In this document: in pieces, positions 50,264 through 59,269 of the stretch
Layout: every line of letters begins with the position of its first letter
Numbering within the stretch: the stretch's first letter is position 1
Virus record (IMG/VR): IMGVR_UViG_3300021256_000072
Coordinates: 32,001-96,000 of that record
Length of the DNA: 64,000 bases
Origin: a virus
Taxonomy: Duplodnaviria > Caudoviricetes
Strand: one strand, 5' to 3'
Translations under genes and position numbers: made by a program
The notes under the pieces: model-generated
The model's input: only the letters and a program-made list of their open reading frames with translations
What the model was told of the DNA's origin: nothing
Database searches by the model: none

Positions 50264-50812
50264 TTCATTCTGACTATCTTTTTCAGCTAGCCAATCTTCA
50301 TAAGTCATCTTATTATTTGCCTTTTTATTGGCTCTATATATACCACCTGCGGTAAGTGCAGCAGCGCCTAAACCAAGTCCTCGATTGGTTAGTATAATTT
50401 TTTTAGTCCCTTTCTTTACAGCCGCCATTCCTTTCTTTCTTACCTCTCTTACTTTCTCTGCTTGTTCTGGCGTAAGACTCATACTTGTGTTTCCCGATTC
50501 TAATATGGCTTTATCTACACTATCAGCTACTTTTTTAATCAACTCTTTTTCATATTTATAAATCTTAGGCTCCATTTGCACATGGTTAGCAATACCTGCA
50601 GTACCCAATGCACTCATAACATAACCGCCCATGCGCTTCTTTTTGCGTTTTTCCATCTCATGCTCATAGGCCTGTCTGTCCAGTCTTTCCGCCATAGTAT
50701 CATTAGTAAGAATTTGATCAGCAAATTCTCTCTGAGCATACATATAACCCTCACAAAAAGCTCTTTCTTCTAATTCAGAAATAGAGCTAAAATTTCTTTT
50801 TTCTATTCTCAT
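50258..50812 (-). CDS. Leader-bearing two-helix membrane protein (cassette B)
   Basis: MRIEKRNFSSISELEERAFCEGYMYAQREFA leader; GGYVMSALGTAGIA and GLGLGAAALTAGG segments. Confidence 0.7.
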   Translation of the reverse strand: MRIEKRNFSSISELEERAFCEGYMYAQREFADQILTNDTMAERLDRQAYEHEMEKRKKKRMGGYVMSALGTAGIANHVQMEPKIYKYEKELIKKVADSVDKAILESGNTSMSLTPEQAEKVREVRKKGMAAVKKGTKKIILTNRGLGLGAAALTAGGIYRANKKANNKMTYEDWLAEKDSQNED

Positions 50813-50879
50813 ATTTTATTTACGTATTTTTTATAATCTATTTATAAGAAATGTGAAGAAAAAAAGAGAGGAATTAATC
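50718..50879. repeat. About 160-bp imperfect direct repeat, copy B
   Basis: Aligns with 50101-50263. Confidence 0.9.
50837..50848 (-). promoter_or_regulatory. Putative late promoter CTTATAAATAGA
   Basis: Contains TATAAATA about 27 nt upstream of the ATG at 50812; variant CTTATAGATAGA at 50222-50233. Confidence 0.55.
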
Positions 50880-50884
50880 CTCTC
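50859..50884 (-). terminator. Intrinsic terminator after the sheath gene
   Basis: Plus strand GAGAGGA-ATTAA-TCCTCTC preceded by A7 (U7 on the minus strand). Confidence 0.75.
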
Positions 50885-50937
50885 CTTCTCCTTAGATAAG
50901 GTATATGATTAGTTCTGAGTTAAGTCAATTATTTATA

Positions 50938-53310
50938 TTACTCCTCACTAGAAATATCCATACCTACGTCAAATGCTCTATTAACTACAGTAATATACTT
51001 AGTATCTCTAGAGTATTTCACATTTATTGTTACTTTAACCTTACTCTGTCTTGCTAAGGTTTCATCATACTTGCAAATAACCTTGTAATCGTCTACATTA
51101 TACTTGCAAGGCTGAATAACAGTGACAAAGTAATATTTTATAACGTCTTCTACATTATTACAAAGAACTTCTGAAATCTTCTGACCTATAAACTGTTTTA
51201 ATAACTGTGGGCAAGCTTTAGAAATACGTATCATAAGACGAGAGTTTCCATCGCTGCTCATTACAGTGTCTTCAGATTGCTTTGTATAATTGTCGTTCAT
51301 TATCCAAGTACTGGTCTGAATATCCCAAGTAACAGTATTTACTCGCTTGGTTAATAACAATTGTCTAGTTTTCTTATTAAACTCACATACTGGAGATTGA
51401 TATTGAACTAGACCGCCACCCTGACCAAATAATCCACGGAACTCTTCATTGTTTTTACGATTTCTTGCTACTGCTTCCCAATAAATTACGCTTGGAGATA
51501 TGTAATTTTCCCAACCTAAGGTACTTGAATCTAAATCCCAAGGGGCTGATGCATATAGTTTATAGGAATTTTGCGATAACTTCGAAATAGAATTACCAAT
51601 GGACATATAATTAGTAGAATTTATCGTACTAATTGGATAGAAGTAGTTTCCATTGATTGCCAAGTTAGCCATATAACTCTGGAAAGATGGAGTAGTATTT
51701 CCAAGATCAGACAAACCTTCAGTTACATAAACTTCGTCTTGTTCAAGTAAATCTATTGCATTTAATAAATCGGTATTACTAGCTTTTAATATCATGTATC
51801 TAGTTGGATCTACCTTTAAATCACAATAGATTTGGTCTTCTCCATTAGTTACATATAAATAATAATTACCGTTTACATTAGCAACAGTGCTTCCAACAAC
51901 AAAAGTGTCTTTAACTTCGTCTGATACTTGGTATAACTCTGACATAGAAGATTTCACTATATCAGCAGTTATTTTTCCAGTAGGTAATTCTGAGATTTCT
52001 TCCCAAGTAGTATTATCTGAGTTATATCCAGAGTAGTTTATTCCAAGATCATGAAGGTCTTTTGGTAAATTAAACCCAATCATGCTCATTTGCTTAACTA
52101 ACTCATCTACAGTAATATCACCCCTTCCTGAAATATTACCTACATTAAAGAATAGTACCTCTCCACTCAAGCTAGGATCATAGATAGCCACTTCGAAGAA
52201 ATCTCTGGCCTTTACAGCATCACTAACTTCAGCAGTACCGCCTTTAGTGAAAGTATCCAAAACTTCTTTAATAGGAGTAACCGCAGATTTACCAGTTGAA
52301 GTAAGAGATGTAAGTGAGTCTAGATTATTAGTAACTACTGCATCATGGTTAAATCTTCTAATTCTTACTCTGAGGTCACTAGCACTATTATAAGTATTTA
52401 CTGCATAATATTCAGGAGCCTCAAAATTAGAAAGCGAATTAGCATCGAGCAAGTTTAAAGATCCCCAATTTTCCTCTTTATTTTGTAAGTACTCTTCTAT
52501 TACAGATTGATTAGGTTCAGTCCAATCAGGTTGACAGAATACTAGATAACAGTTACCATTAGGGCATCTACTATCTGAGGTATCCAGCAATCTTTCTGCC
52601 ATATATACTTCCTCAAACTTAACTGACTTGATGTTGTTTGAAGTAGCATCTACCTCATTAGCATCTGAAGCATCAACATCTGAATAGAATTTATATGATG
52701 GAGAAAAGAATACTGAGGACTCATTCATTATGTTAACGAGTTCTGGAAGATTGTTAGCTGGAATATCATAAGCAGGACCATTATCTGTTACTCTATTTCC
52801 AACAATTCCAACTCCTTCAATATTTACCGACCAACCATCTGTAGAGTGGGCAGCTGAATCCCCGTCGAAATCTATTACAATTTTAAAAGGGGCTATCTGT
52901 TTTAGAATTGATCCATCTTTTAATAAATAGGTATTAGTATCATTTTTTTCAGCTGATTTTACAAAGTTTACTCCTTTGCTTTTTCCAGCACGAACAACTA
53001 ATAACGTATTTGATCCTGCCAATCTGTAAGCATTTGTCCACATTGTTGCAGGAAGAGTTGGATCATCATTTTCACCACAATCATACAGACTATTTAAACT
53101 ATCTATATAATCTTTAGTAATATCCTGAGATGCAAATTTATTTCTAAAATCCTTTTGACCTGTAACTAATGTTGGAACGGAAGGACCGGCATCTGCAAAG
53201 ATAACACAGCCAACTACTAAATCCTCACCAGTTGTAGGATTAATGGCTGTCGTTTTAACTTCTTCTCGAACTTTTACATAAGGTTCAAGAGTTTCTGTCC
53301 ATTGTGCCAT
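50938..53310 (-). CDS. Tail sheath protein
   Basis: 790 aa. PYVKVREE start, AGPSVPTLVT, LLVVRA; C-terminal RLMIRISK...QFIGQ...VKVTINVKYSRDTKYITV sheath pattern. Confidence 0.8.
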   Translation of the reverse strand: MAQWTETLEPYVKVREEVKTTAINPTTGEDLVVGCVIFADAGPSVPTLVTGQKDFRNKFASQDITKDYIDSLNSLYDCGENDDPTLPATMWTNAYRLAGSNTLLVVRAGKSKGVNFVKSAEKNDTNTYLLKDGSILKQIAPFKIVIDFDGDSAAHSTDGWSVNIEGVGIVGNRVTDNGPAYDIPANNLPELVNIMNESSVFFSPSYKFYSDVDASDANEVDATSNNIKSVKFEEVYMAERLLDTSDSRCPNGNCYLVFCQPDWTEPNQSVIEEYLQNKEENWGSLNLLDANSLSNFEAPEYYAVNTYNSASDLRVRIRRFNHDAVVTNNLDSLTSLTSTGKSAVTPIKEVLDTFTKGGTAEVSDAVKARDFFEVAIYDPSLSGEVLFFNVGNISGRGDITVDELVKQMSMIGFNLPKDLHDLGINYSGYNSDNTTWEEISELPTGKITADIVKSSMSELYQVSDEVKDTFVVGSTVANVNGNYYLYVTNGEDQIYCDLKVDPTRYMILKASNTDLLNAIDLLEQDEVYVTEGLSDLGNTTPSFQSYMANLAINGNYFYPISTINSTNYMSIGNSISKLSQNSYKLYASAPWDLDSSTLGWENYISPSVIYWEAVARNRKNNEEFRGLFGQGGGLVQYQSPVCEFNKKTRQLLLTKRVNTVTWDIQTSTWIMNDNYTKQSEDTVMSSDGNSRLMIRISKACPQLLKQFIGQKISEVLCNNVEDVIKYYFVTVIQPCKYNVDDYKVICKYDETLARQSKVKVTINVKYSRDTKYITVVNRAFDVGMDISSEE

Positions 53311-53341
53311 TTTATATTATATTATTTTCTAAAAAATTTAT

Positions 53342-53983
53342 TTAACCAACTTCTACTAAATAGACAGGATAACCACTTTTGATAAAATTTTCAACTATCC
53401 CAACTACTAAGCCGAGATCACTAGAAGCATCTGATATAGAAGTTATTGATATCTCATTGAATTTATCCTTCATATCCTGTCTAACTCTGCTGGATTTAGG
53501 AATTTTGGAGATTAATGCATTAGAAACATCCCTTAATTTAGGATCTTTAATAGCATTAACCAGGACTCTAAGATCTCCATTGACTCTAGCAATAGATATA
53601 CAAACCTTAAGTCTACCATCGCTCGCTTCTTTAGGATCTCTTGTAAAATCAATTCCTTCTTTATATCCAAGTTTTGTTAAATTTTCTACAACTAATTTCA
53701 TTAGTCTGTTATCTAAGGTTTTGCTTTTATTAATTTTTCCGGCAATTCCTTTGATCCCTTCCGCTAGTATACCAAGAGAAGCACCAACAATAGCTCCAGT
53801 GATAGTCGCAGCAGCAGCTCTTTGACCCCAACCATATCCTTGATGTCCGGGAACTAGACCAAGGTATTTAGCTAGTACGTCATTCTTTACAATTCCACCT
53901 ACGGCACCACCAATACTAGCCCCACCTACAGCTCCACTGATCATGGAATCTACGTACCCGAATTTCTTTTGTCTAAACTGCAT
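53342..53983 (-). CDS. Leader-bearing glycine-zipper protein
   Basis: MQFRQKKFG leader; GAVGGASIGGAVGG and GAIVGASLG. Confidence 0.7.
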   Translation of the reverse strand: MQFRQKKFGYVDSMISGAVGGASIGGAVGGIVKNDVLAKYLGLVPGHQGYGWGQRAAAATITGAIVGASLGILAEGIKGIAGKINKSKTLDNRLMKLVVENLTKLGYKEGIDFTRDPKEASDGRLKVCISIARVNGDLRVLVNAIKDPKLRDVSNALISKIPKSSRVRQDMKDKFNEISITSISDASSDLGLVVGIVENFIKSGYPVYLVEVG

Positions 53984-53984
53984 C

Positions 53985-54293
53985 TTAGAATAACTTTTTT
54001 ATAATGTTATTTTCTTTCTTTCTCTGTGAATCAACTCTCAACTCACTGTCGTTCTTCTCTAGGCTCTTATCAACTGAATTAAGAGATCTAGTTAATTTTT
54101 CCATAGCTTTTAACTGCTTTTCACTAGACTCTTTCAGTTGCTTATTTCTTGACATACTTAGATAAACTCCAGTCGCACTTAGACCTAAAGAAGTTAACGG
54201 TAATGTGGGAGATTCTTTTAAAAACTTTACCACCTTATCAGTTTTCCCTACGTTATTACTAAAGTTTTTACTACAACGTCTAAGTATTATCAT
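53985..54293 (-). CDS. Leader-bearing small protein (one hydrophobic helix plus coiled coil)
   Basis: MIILRRCSKNFS leader. Confidence 0.65.
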   Translation of the reverse strand: MIILRRCSKNFSNNVGKTDKVVKFLKESPTLPLTSLGLSATGVYLSMSRNKQLKESSEKQLKAMEKLTRSLNSVDKSLEKNDSELRVDSQRKKENNIIKKLF

Positions 54294-54319
54294 AATAAAT
54301 TGCTAATTAGAGTTTGGGT

Positions 54320-55021
54320 TTATCTCCTATTCCCAGTAATAACATTTAATTTAAATCCACTAGAAATTAATAGATCTACTACTTTACCTATAGTACCTTC
54401 AACAACAGACACTTCTACTTCATACGAATTTTTTCCAATTTTCACTGCAGTATAGTCTGCATTCTTAAAAGAAGAGCAATAAGAATCTAAAGCTTCATTT
54501 AAGCCAGTTAATTCTCTAGTATTTAAATCATTAACGTACAATACCAAAACACCACCACTACAGTAAATAGAGAGGGCGTATTTCTTCGGATCATCATCAA
54601 TAGCGTAGACAATACCAGCCGCACTTGGCCCATGGTTAATATTCTTAGTAGTTTTTCTTGAAATATTAAACTCCTCGCCAGTTGTTGGATCTACTTCACG
54701 AGAACTTGTAACAATTTCTTCGCTATCTGGATCCATAGTGCTGTTGTAATGTCTATCTAAGTAATTGATTATTGTAAAGGAATTAGTCTTAACTCTGGAT
54801 GAATTAAATATTGACTTTCTAGCAATATTAGCCATCCAAGTAGTAAAGGCGCCCACAGCAGCACCAATCCCAACCCCCACTATATTTCCTTTTCCAATAA
54901 CTGCACCAGCAATAGCTCCTGCTGCGGTTCCTGGAAGATAGGACTTATCTTTAGGTTGAATTTTTGTGCCACGGAATCCACCTTCTTGTATTGAAAATTC
55001 TTTTTGTCTAAATTTAATCAT
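54320..55021 (-). CDS. Leader-bearing glycine-zipper protein
   Basis: MIKFRQKEFS leader; GTAAGAIAGAVIG..VGVGIGAAVGA. Confidence 0.7.
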   Translation of the reverse strand: MIKFRQKEFSIQEGGFRGTKIQPKDKSYLPGTAAGAIAGAVIGKGNIVGVGIGAAVGAFTTWMANIARKSIFNSSRVKTNSFTIINYLDRHYNSTMDPDSEEIVTSSREVDPTTGEEFNISRKTTKNINHGPSAAGIVYAIDDDPKKYALSIYCSGGVLVLYVNDLNTRELTGLNEALDSYCSSFKNADYTAVKIGKNSYEVEVSVVEGTIGKVVDLLISSGFKLNVITGNRR

Positions 55022-55036
55022 TAGTTTAAGAAAGAA

Positions 55037-55483
55037 TTAATAAGAATATCCGTCACGCTGGGTCATATTACTTTTCCAATCAGCTCTTTCACGACGCATT
55101 GCCTGATTTTGAGCATAACCTAAGCGCTTGTTATAGGCATTATTTTCTGTTACCTGACCTCTTCTTTTATTTAATGCAGACAGACCAGCAATGGTACCGC
55201 CTACTAATGCCCCTACTTTACCGCCAGATTTAAGACCTCTAAGACCTCTTTTAACTGCATTAGCGTTGCCCATTATCCGCGGGGTTGATAAGCCCTTGTA
55301 AAGGCCACCAACTGCACCACCAACTCCAGCACCAATTGCAGCACCTGTGGCTGTTGCCAACAATGGTCCACCGTATCCTGGATTTTTTCTCTTCTCTTCA
55401 GCTAAGATATCTGAATCTTTCATTCTTTTCAAAGAATCTGTGTCATCGTACAGAGTATACAATTTTCTTCTCAATATATACAT
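55037..55483 (-). CDS. Leader-bearing glycine-zipper protein
   Basis: MYILRRKLYT leader; GAAIGAGVGGAVGG and GALVGGTIAG. Confidence 0.7.
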   Translation of the reverse strand: MYILRRKLYTLYDDTDSLKRMKDSDILAEEKRKNPGYGGPLLATATGAAIGAGVGGAVGGLYKGLSTPRIMGNANAVKRGLRGLKSGGKVGALVGGTIAGLSALNKRRGQVTENNAYNKRLGYAQNQAMRRERADWKSNMTQRDGYSY

Positions 55484-55494
55484 ATTACTTAATT

Positions 55495-56541
55495 TTAATT
55501 GATTTTCGAATTTTGATATTTTTCCCAGTTATAAGCATCACTATCTAATGCCTTTGTGGGAACCTTAACCGCCGCATTACCTAAACTACTAGCTCCTGTA
55601 AATACGCCGGCGCCGAGTCCAATTCCTATAGCAGCAGATGCCTTTCTATGGTTCATCATGAATTCACCAACGCCTTTCTGTATATTATTATCACCAGCTG
55701 TTTTTACTAGCTTAGCACCAACTCCTCCCATTGTTTTAGTATTTCCTACTCCTAGAAAGTTACTAGTAAGATTTCCTAATTTCTTACCAACTCTAGATAA
55801 GAAAAATCCTGGTGCATTAAATTGCTTTTGTTGGAATGGGGCGAAAGATCCCTTCGATTGTGCTTGCATCGCTTTAAGAGCCTGTTTTTCAGCCCTATAA
55901 GCTCCATAATTACCAACTCCTTCTAAAGCTGCAAATCCAGCGTTCAATGCTTGACCTCCTACTAAACTTTTGGCTTTTCCTAAGAAAGTTTTTCCAGCTC
56001 CTTCTGATGCAGCTTGTGCAGAGATAGGGTTCGTTAGTGCTGCTGAATAAAATTTCTGAGACTGATTTTGATTTGCGGCTGCTTTTAAGTCAATACCGCT
56101 TTTCTTTGCATCAGAATCAATTATCTTTCCAGTAACATAACCTCCAATTCCGCCGGTTATTCCAATACCTAATCCAAATTTTGCTTGGTTAGCTATTTTA
56201 GGATTTGCTTTATAAATATTTTTTGTTGTATCCCATAATTTAGAGAAAAATCCAGGAGTAGTAGGTGCCGCAAATAATTTAATTCTGTTTTTCATACCAA
56301 TATCACTATAATTTCTAGGCATACTAACAATACTAGCAGCTTCTGGATTCTTTTTAGCCAAGTTATTTATGGCAGCAGTTTGGGCATTAATAGCTTTCAC
56401 TTGCTCTTCAGCTTGCTTCTCTGCTTCTTCAGCTTGAGAACTGGATTGATACATACCTGCCGCCATGAGAGGTACACTAGCAGCAGTAGCAACACCAGCA
56501 ACAGCTTGTAGAAAGAACTCTTTTTGCCTAAATTTAATCAT
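55495..56541 (-). CDS. Leader-bearing Gly/Ala-rich protein, possible polyprotein
   Basis: MIKFRQKEFF leader; internal RNYS, KLFA, KFYS and KQFN sites separate hydrophobic segments. Confidence 0.7.
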   Translation of the reverse strand: MIKFRQKEFFLQAVAGVATAASVPLMAAGMYQSSSQAEEAEKQAEEQVKAINAQTAAINNLAKKNPEAASIVSMPRNYSDIGMKNRIKLFAAPTTPGFFSKLWDTTKNIYKANPKIANQAKFGLGIGITGGIGGYVTGKIIDSDAKKSGIDLKAAANQNQSQKFYSAALTNPISAQAASEGAGKTFLGKAKSLVGGQALNAGFAALEGVGNYGAYRAEKQALKAMQAQSKGSFAPFQQKQFNAPGFFLSRVGKKLGNLTSNFLGVGNTKTMGGVGAKLVKTAGDNNIQKGVGEFMMNHRKASAAIGIGLGAGVFTGASSLGNAAVKVPTKALDSDAYNWEKYQNSKIN

Positions 56542-56554
56542 GGTTATTTTAATT

Positions 56555-56869
56555 TTATCCCTGCACGTATTGCATGCTTTGTCCTAGTGATTGTAATCCA
56601 GACCCTGCCGCATTAGCTGCCGCACGACCTGCAAGATACGATCCAGCATATCCTCCAATGAGACCTAATGGACCACCTCCTAACATTGAAGCGAGAGTAC
56701 CTCCATAAGTAGCAGCAGCGGCTATACCTCCAGCAGTTTGACCAGCTTTGGATTTAGTTGCATCACCTAGAGACTCTACACCAGCCCCAACGCCATTAAC
56801 TAGACCCGCTCCAGTCTCTGAGATAACTCCGAATTGCTTGCTTTTTCGCTTAATTATGTATCTAGCCAT
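56555..56869 (-). CDS. Leader-bearing Gly/Ala-rich small membrane protein
   Basis: MARYIIKRKSKQFG leader; remainder is mostly Gly/Ala. Confidence 0.7.
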   Translation of the reverse strand: MARYIIKRKSKQFGVISETGAGLVNGVGAGVESLGDATKSKAGQTAGGIAAAATYGGTLASMLGGGPLGLIGGYAGSYLAGRAAANAAGSGLQSLGQSMQYVQG

Positions 56870-57138
56870 TTTCCTCTCCTTCCTTCATTTAATTCTGTAT
56901 TTAATTTCCTCATTTCATCCCGAAGGGTATTAGTTTGAGTAAGCTGTCTGAGGGTATCGTTTTTACCAAGACGATTAAAGTCTTGATCATAATTCCGATT
57001 TCTATTAAACCCAACAACTCCTCCAGACGTGTTAAGTGTCTTAGGTCTCGGGTTTTTATTACTTTTATTACAGCTATTAAACCCCTCATTATTAAGTCCA
57101 GGTGCAGAAAATCTTTTAAGTTTTAGTACTATAATCAT
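56854..57138 (-). CDS. Leader-bearing small basic protein
   Basis: MIIVLKLKRFS leader; overlaps both neighbours. Confidence 0.6.
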   Translation of the reverse strand: MIIVLKLKRFSAPGLNNEGFNSCNKSNKNPRPKTLNTSGGVVGFNRNRNYDQDFNRLGKNDTLRQLTQTNTLRDEMRKLNTELNEGRRGKWLDT

Positions 57139-57788
57139 GAGTTTAATAGATAAATATTGTAATTTAATCCGAATGGAAGAATGTTTAAGGCTTCTTTTAA
57201 ATTTCTGATGGCATTTTCTTTAGGACCATCAAACTCGAGTACTAAAGATCTGTCTCTCTTATCGTATTTAATAGCTTCTCCAATTAAAGAACGGATCTCA
57301 TACATAACATCATATCCATTCGTAGTGTTGTTGAGAATAGGATTTACATAAGGAACTCCACCACCATTATTTTGTTGGTTATTATTATTGTTTCCTTTGT
57401 TTTTCTTGCCAAACAACTTTTCTCTTAAAAGGAGATCTTCTACAGTTTCACTATTATTTTTCTGATAAAGAGGACCATTTCCTGCTCTTAACTCAATTTT
57501 AGCATTAAGCATCCTTCTTTGGTTAATAACTTCAGGCAATCTTACTTCATCAGGTAACTTAGCCTGTGCTCCGATTTTTAAATAGAGTCTGTACTTGTCT
57601 TTTCCGAATAAACTAGTGGAAATGACAAATCTCTCTATTAGAATGTTATTACCCCGGAGTATCTGAATTACAGAATTACGATCAATAACCTTAATACGAT
57701 CTCTCCACCAACCATCTCTATTTAATTCGGTGTAAAGAAGTCTCATAGCATCGTATTCTGTAAAATTTTTCTGTCTGAATTGTACCAT
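57135..57788 (-). CDS. Leader-bearing hypothetical protein
   Basis: MVQFRQKNFT leader; internal KLFG before an N/Q/G linker. Confidence 0.65.
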   Translation of the reverse strand: MVQFRQKNFTEYDAMRLLYTELNRDGWWRDRIKVIDRNSVIQILRGNNILIERFVISTSLFGKDKYRLYLKIGAQAKLPDEVRLPEVINQRRMLNAKIELRAGNGPLYQKNNSETVEDLLLREKLFGKKNKGNNNNNQQNNGGGVPYVNPILNNTTNGYDVMYEIRSLIGEAIKYDKRDRSLVLEFDGPKENAIRNLKEALNILPFGLNYNIYLLNS

Positions 57789-57794
57789 AATAAC

Positions 57795-58166
57795 TTAGCA
57801 AACTAGTGATAAATTATATTTTCGACCGAGTATATCTATTATGTCTAAGATAATTCCTTCATAATTACACTCTGCCGTGAAGATTCTATTTTTCTCGTCA
57901 ATATCTTTAATATCGAGTCTAAAAATATCTTTCAAAAGTTTCTCGGTATAACGATACAACTTTTTATCTTGAATTTTAATTTCGTAATTTCCACGATCAG
58001 TTTTAACAAAGGAAGTAATAACCATAGATCTACTATTGACTGAAGATACTCTATCCGCATCCTCTTTTTTAATACGATTGAATGGAATATTTTGTTCTGT
58101 TAAATAATCCATAGCTGTAGGCATCATATCCTGCAGTAATCCCTGTTTCTGTCTAAACGATATCAT
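57795..58166 (-). CDS. Hypothetical protein with MISFRQK start
   Basis: Shares FRQK but lacks the downstream aromatic residue. Confidence 0.6.
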   Translation of the reverse strand: MISFRQKQGLLQDMMPTAMDYLTEQNIPFNRIKKEDADRVSSVNSRSMVITSFVKTDRGNYEIKIQDKKLYRYTEKLLKDIFRLDIKDIDEKNRIFTAECNYEGIILDIIDILGRKYNLSLVC

Positions 58167-59269
58167 TCTTCTGAATTTGTAGTTATTGTCTTTTCTATTT
58201 CTTTCAAAATTTCATATCTATCGTCAAATAGCTCATAGAAATGCAACTCACACATAAATTGACATTGATATGAGAAATTTGAATTATCATCTGGTTGGTA
58301 TTGATGGTTGAAGTCTTCTGTTATTCCTCCCCACTTTATAGCTGCTGACCACCTCTTTCCATAACGATCATAAGTCTTGAATTCACAAAAATTTGTAAGA
58401 AGATCTACGTTACTATACTTATTTTTAAAGTCAAAGAATAGTACCATATCAGTAGTATGTAGTGTGAAATTAATTGGAAGCTTCTGTGAAATTAACCTAT
58501 TATCAATATCGCCGTAATATGGATGATTCTTTTTAATTGGGGTTTGTGAGAATTGATAAACTACATAAGAGGTTTTCTTTAAAGTTTCTTCTTTATTTTG
58601 TCTCACCAATTCCAACCCATAACCATCCAATATTCTTCTAATTTCCGTAATCGCTTGTTCTTGATAATCTACGGCTCTTATTACATAGTCGTCGTAATTC
58701 CTGCGTAATTGGAATATCTCGTCATTATCAGAAGTCAGTGTAAGATTGCTATTATTTTTGATAATTATTTTTGGGAAATTTTTCACAAACCAACAATTAG
58801 GCATAGGTCCTACTGGTTGAAGATATCTCAAATTACCCGAATAGAATAAAAATCTAATAAATTCAGGATCATTTGCGTCTTTTTTTGATACAACTATAGT
58901 AGTGTGCCAATAATCTTGACTAACCCTAGATTCACAATCACTTACTATTACAAGATTAATAATGTGATTATCTAGCGTAAGTTTTCTAAGTTTAAGATCA
59001 TTTAAAGAAACTATACAATCACCTAATCTTATTGGAATTCCGGTTTCTTCTAATTCCATAGATTTTCCAATTCTTTCAATACCTGTAAGATTAGCTATGG
59101 TTTCTGTAGTACTGCCTTCGGTATATGTAAGAGTTAAGGTAGAAGTTTTAAGATCTTCCACACAAGAATCTGATATACCTTTAACTGCATTAAAATATCT
59201 ACAGTTTGTGGCAAGCTTTAAACCTCTGTAAATAAACTCTTTCATAATAAAATTGATTTTTTTTACCAA
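58163..59269 (-). CDS. Hypothetical structural protein, possibly tail terminator/completion-like
   Basis: 368 aa. The C-terminal half has a tail-completion-like pattern (LPINFTLHT...YQCQFMCELHF); function weakly supported. Confidence 0.4.
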   Translation of the reverse strand: MVKKINFIMKEFIYRGLKLATNCRYFNAVKGISDSCVEDLKTSTLTLTYTEGSTTETIANLTGIERIGKSMELEETGIPIRLGDCIVSLNDLKLRKLTLDNHIINLVIVSDCESRVSQDYWHTTIVVSKKDANDPEFIRFLFYSGNLRYLQPVGPMPNCWFVKNFPKIIIKNNSNLTLTSDNDEIFQLRRNYDDYVIRAVDYQEQAITEIRRILDGYGLELVRQNKEETLKKTSYVVYQFSQTPIKKNHPYYGDIDNRLISQKLPINFTLHTTDMVLFFDFKNKYSNVDLLTNFCEFKTYDRYGKRWSAAIKWGGITEDFNHQYQPDDNSNFSYQCQFMCELHFYELFDDRYEILKEIEKTITTNSEE

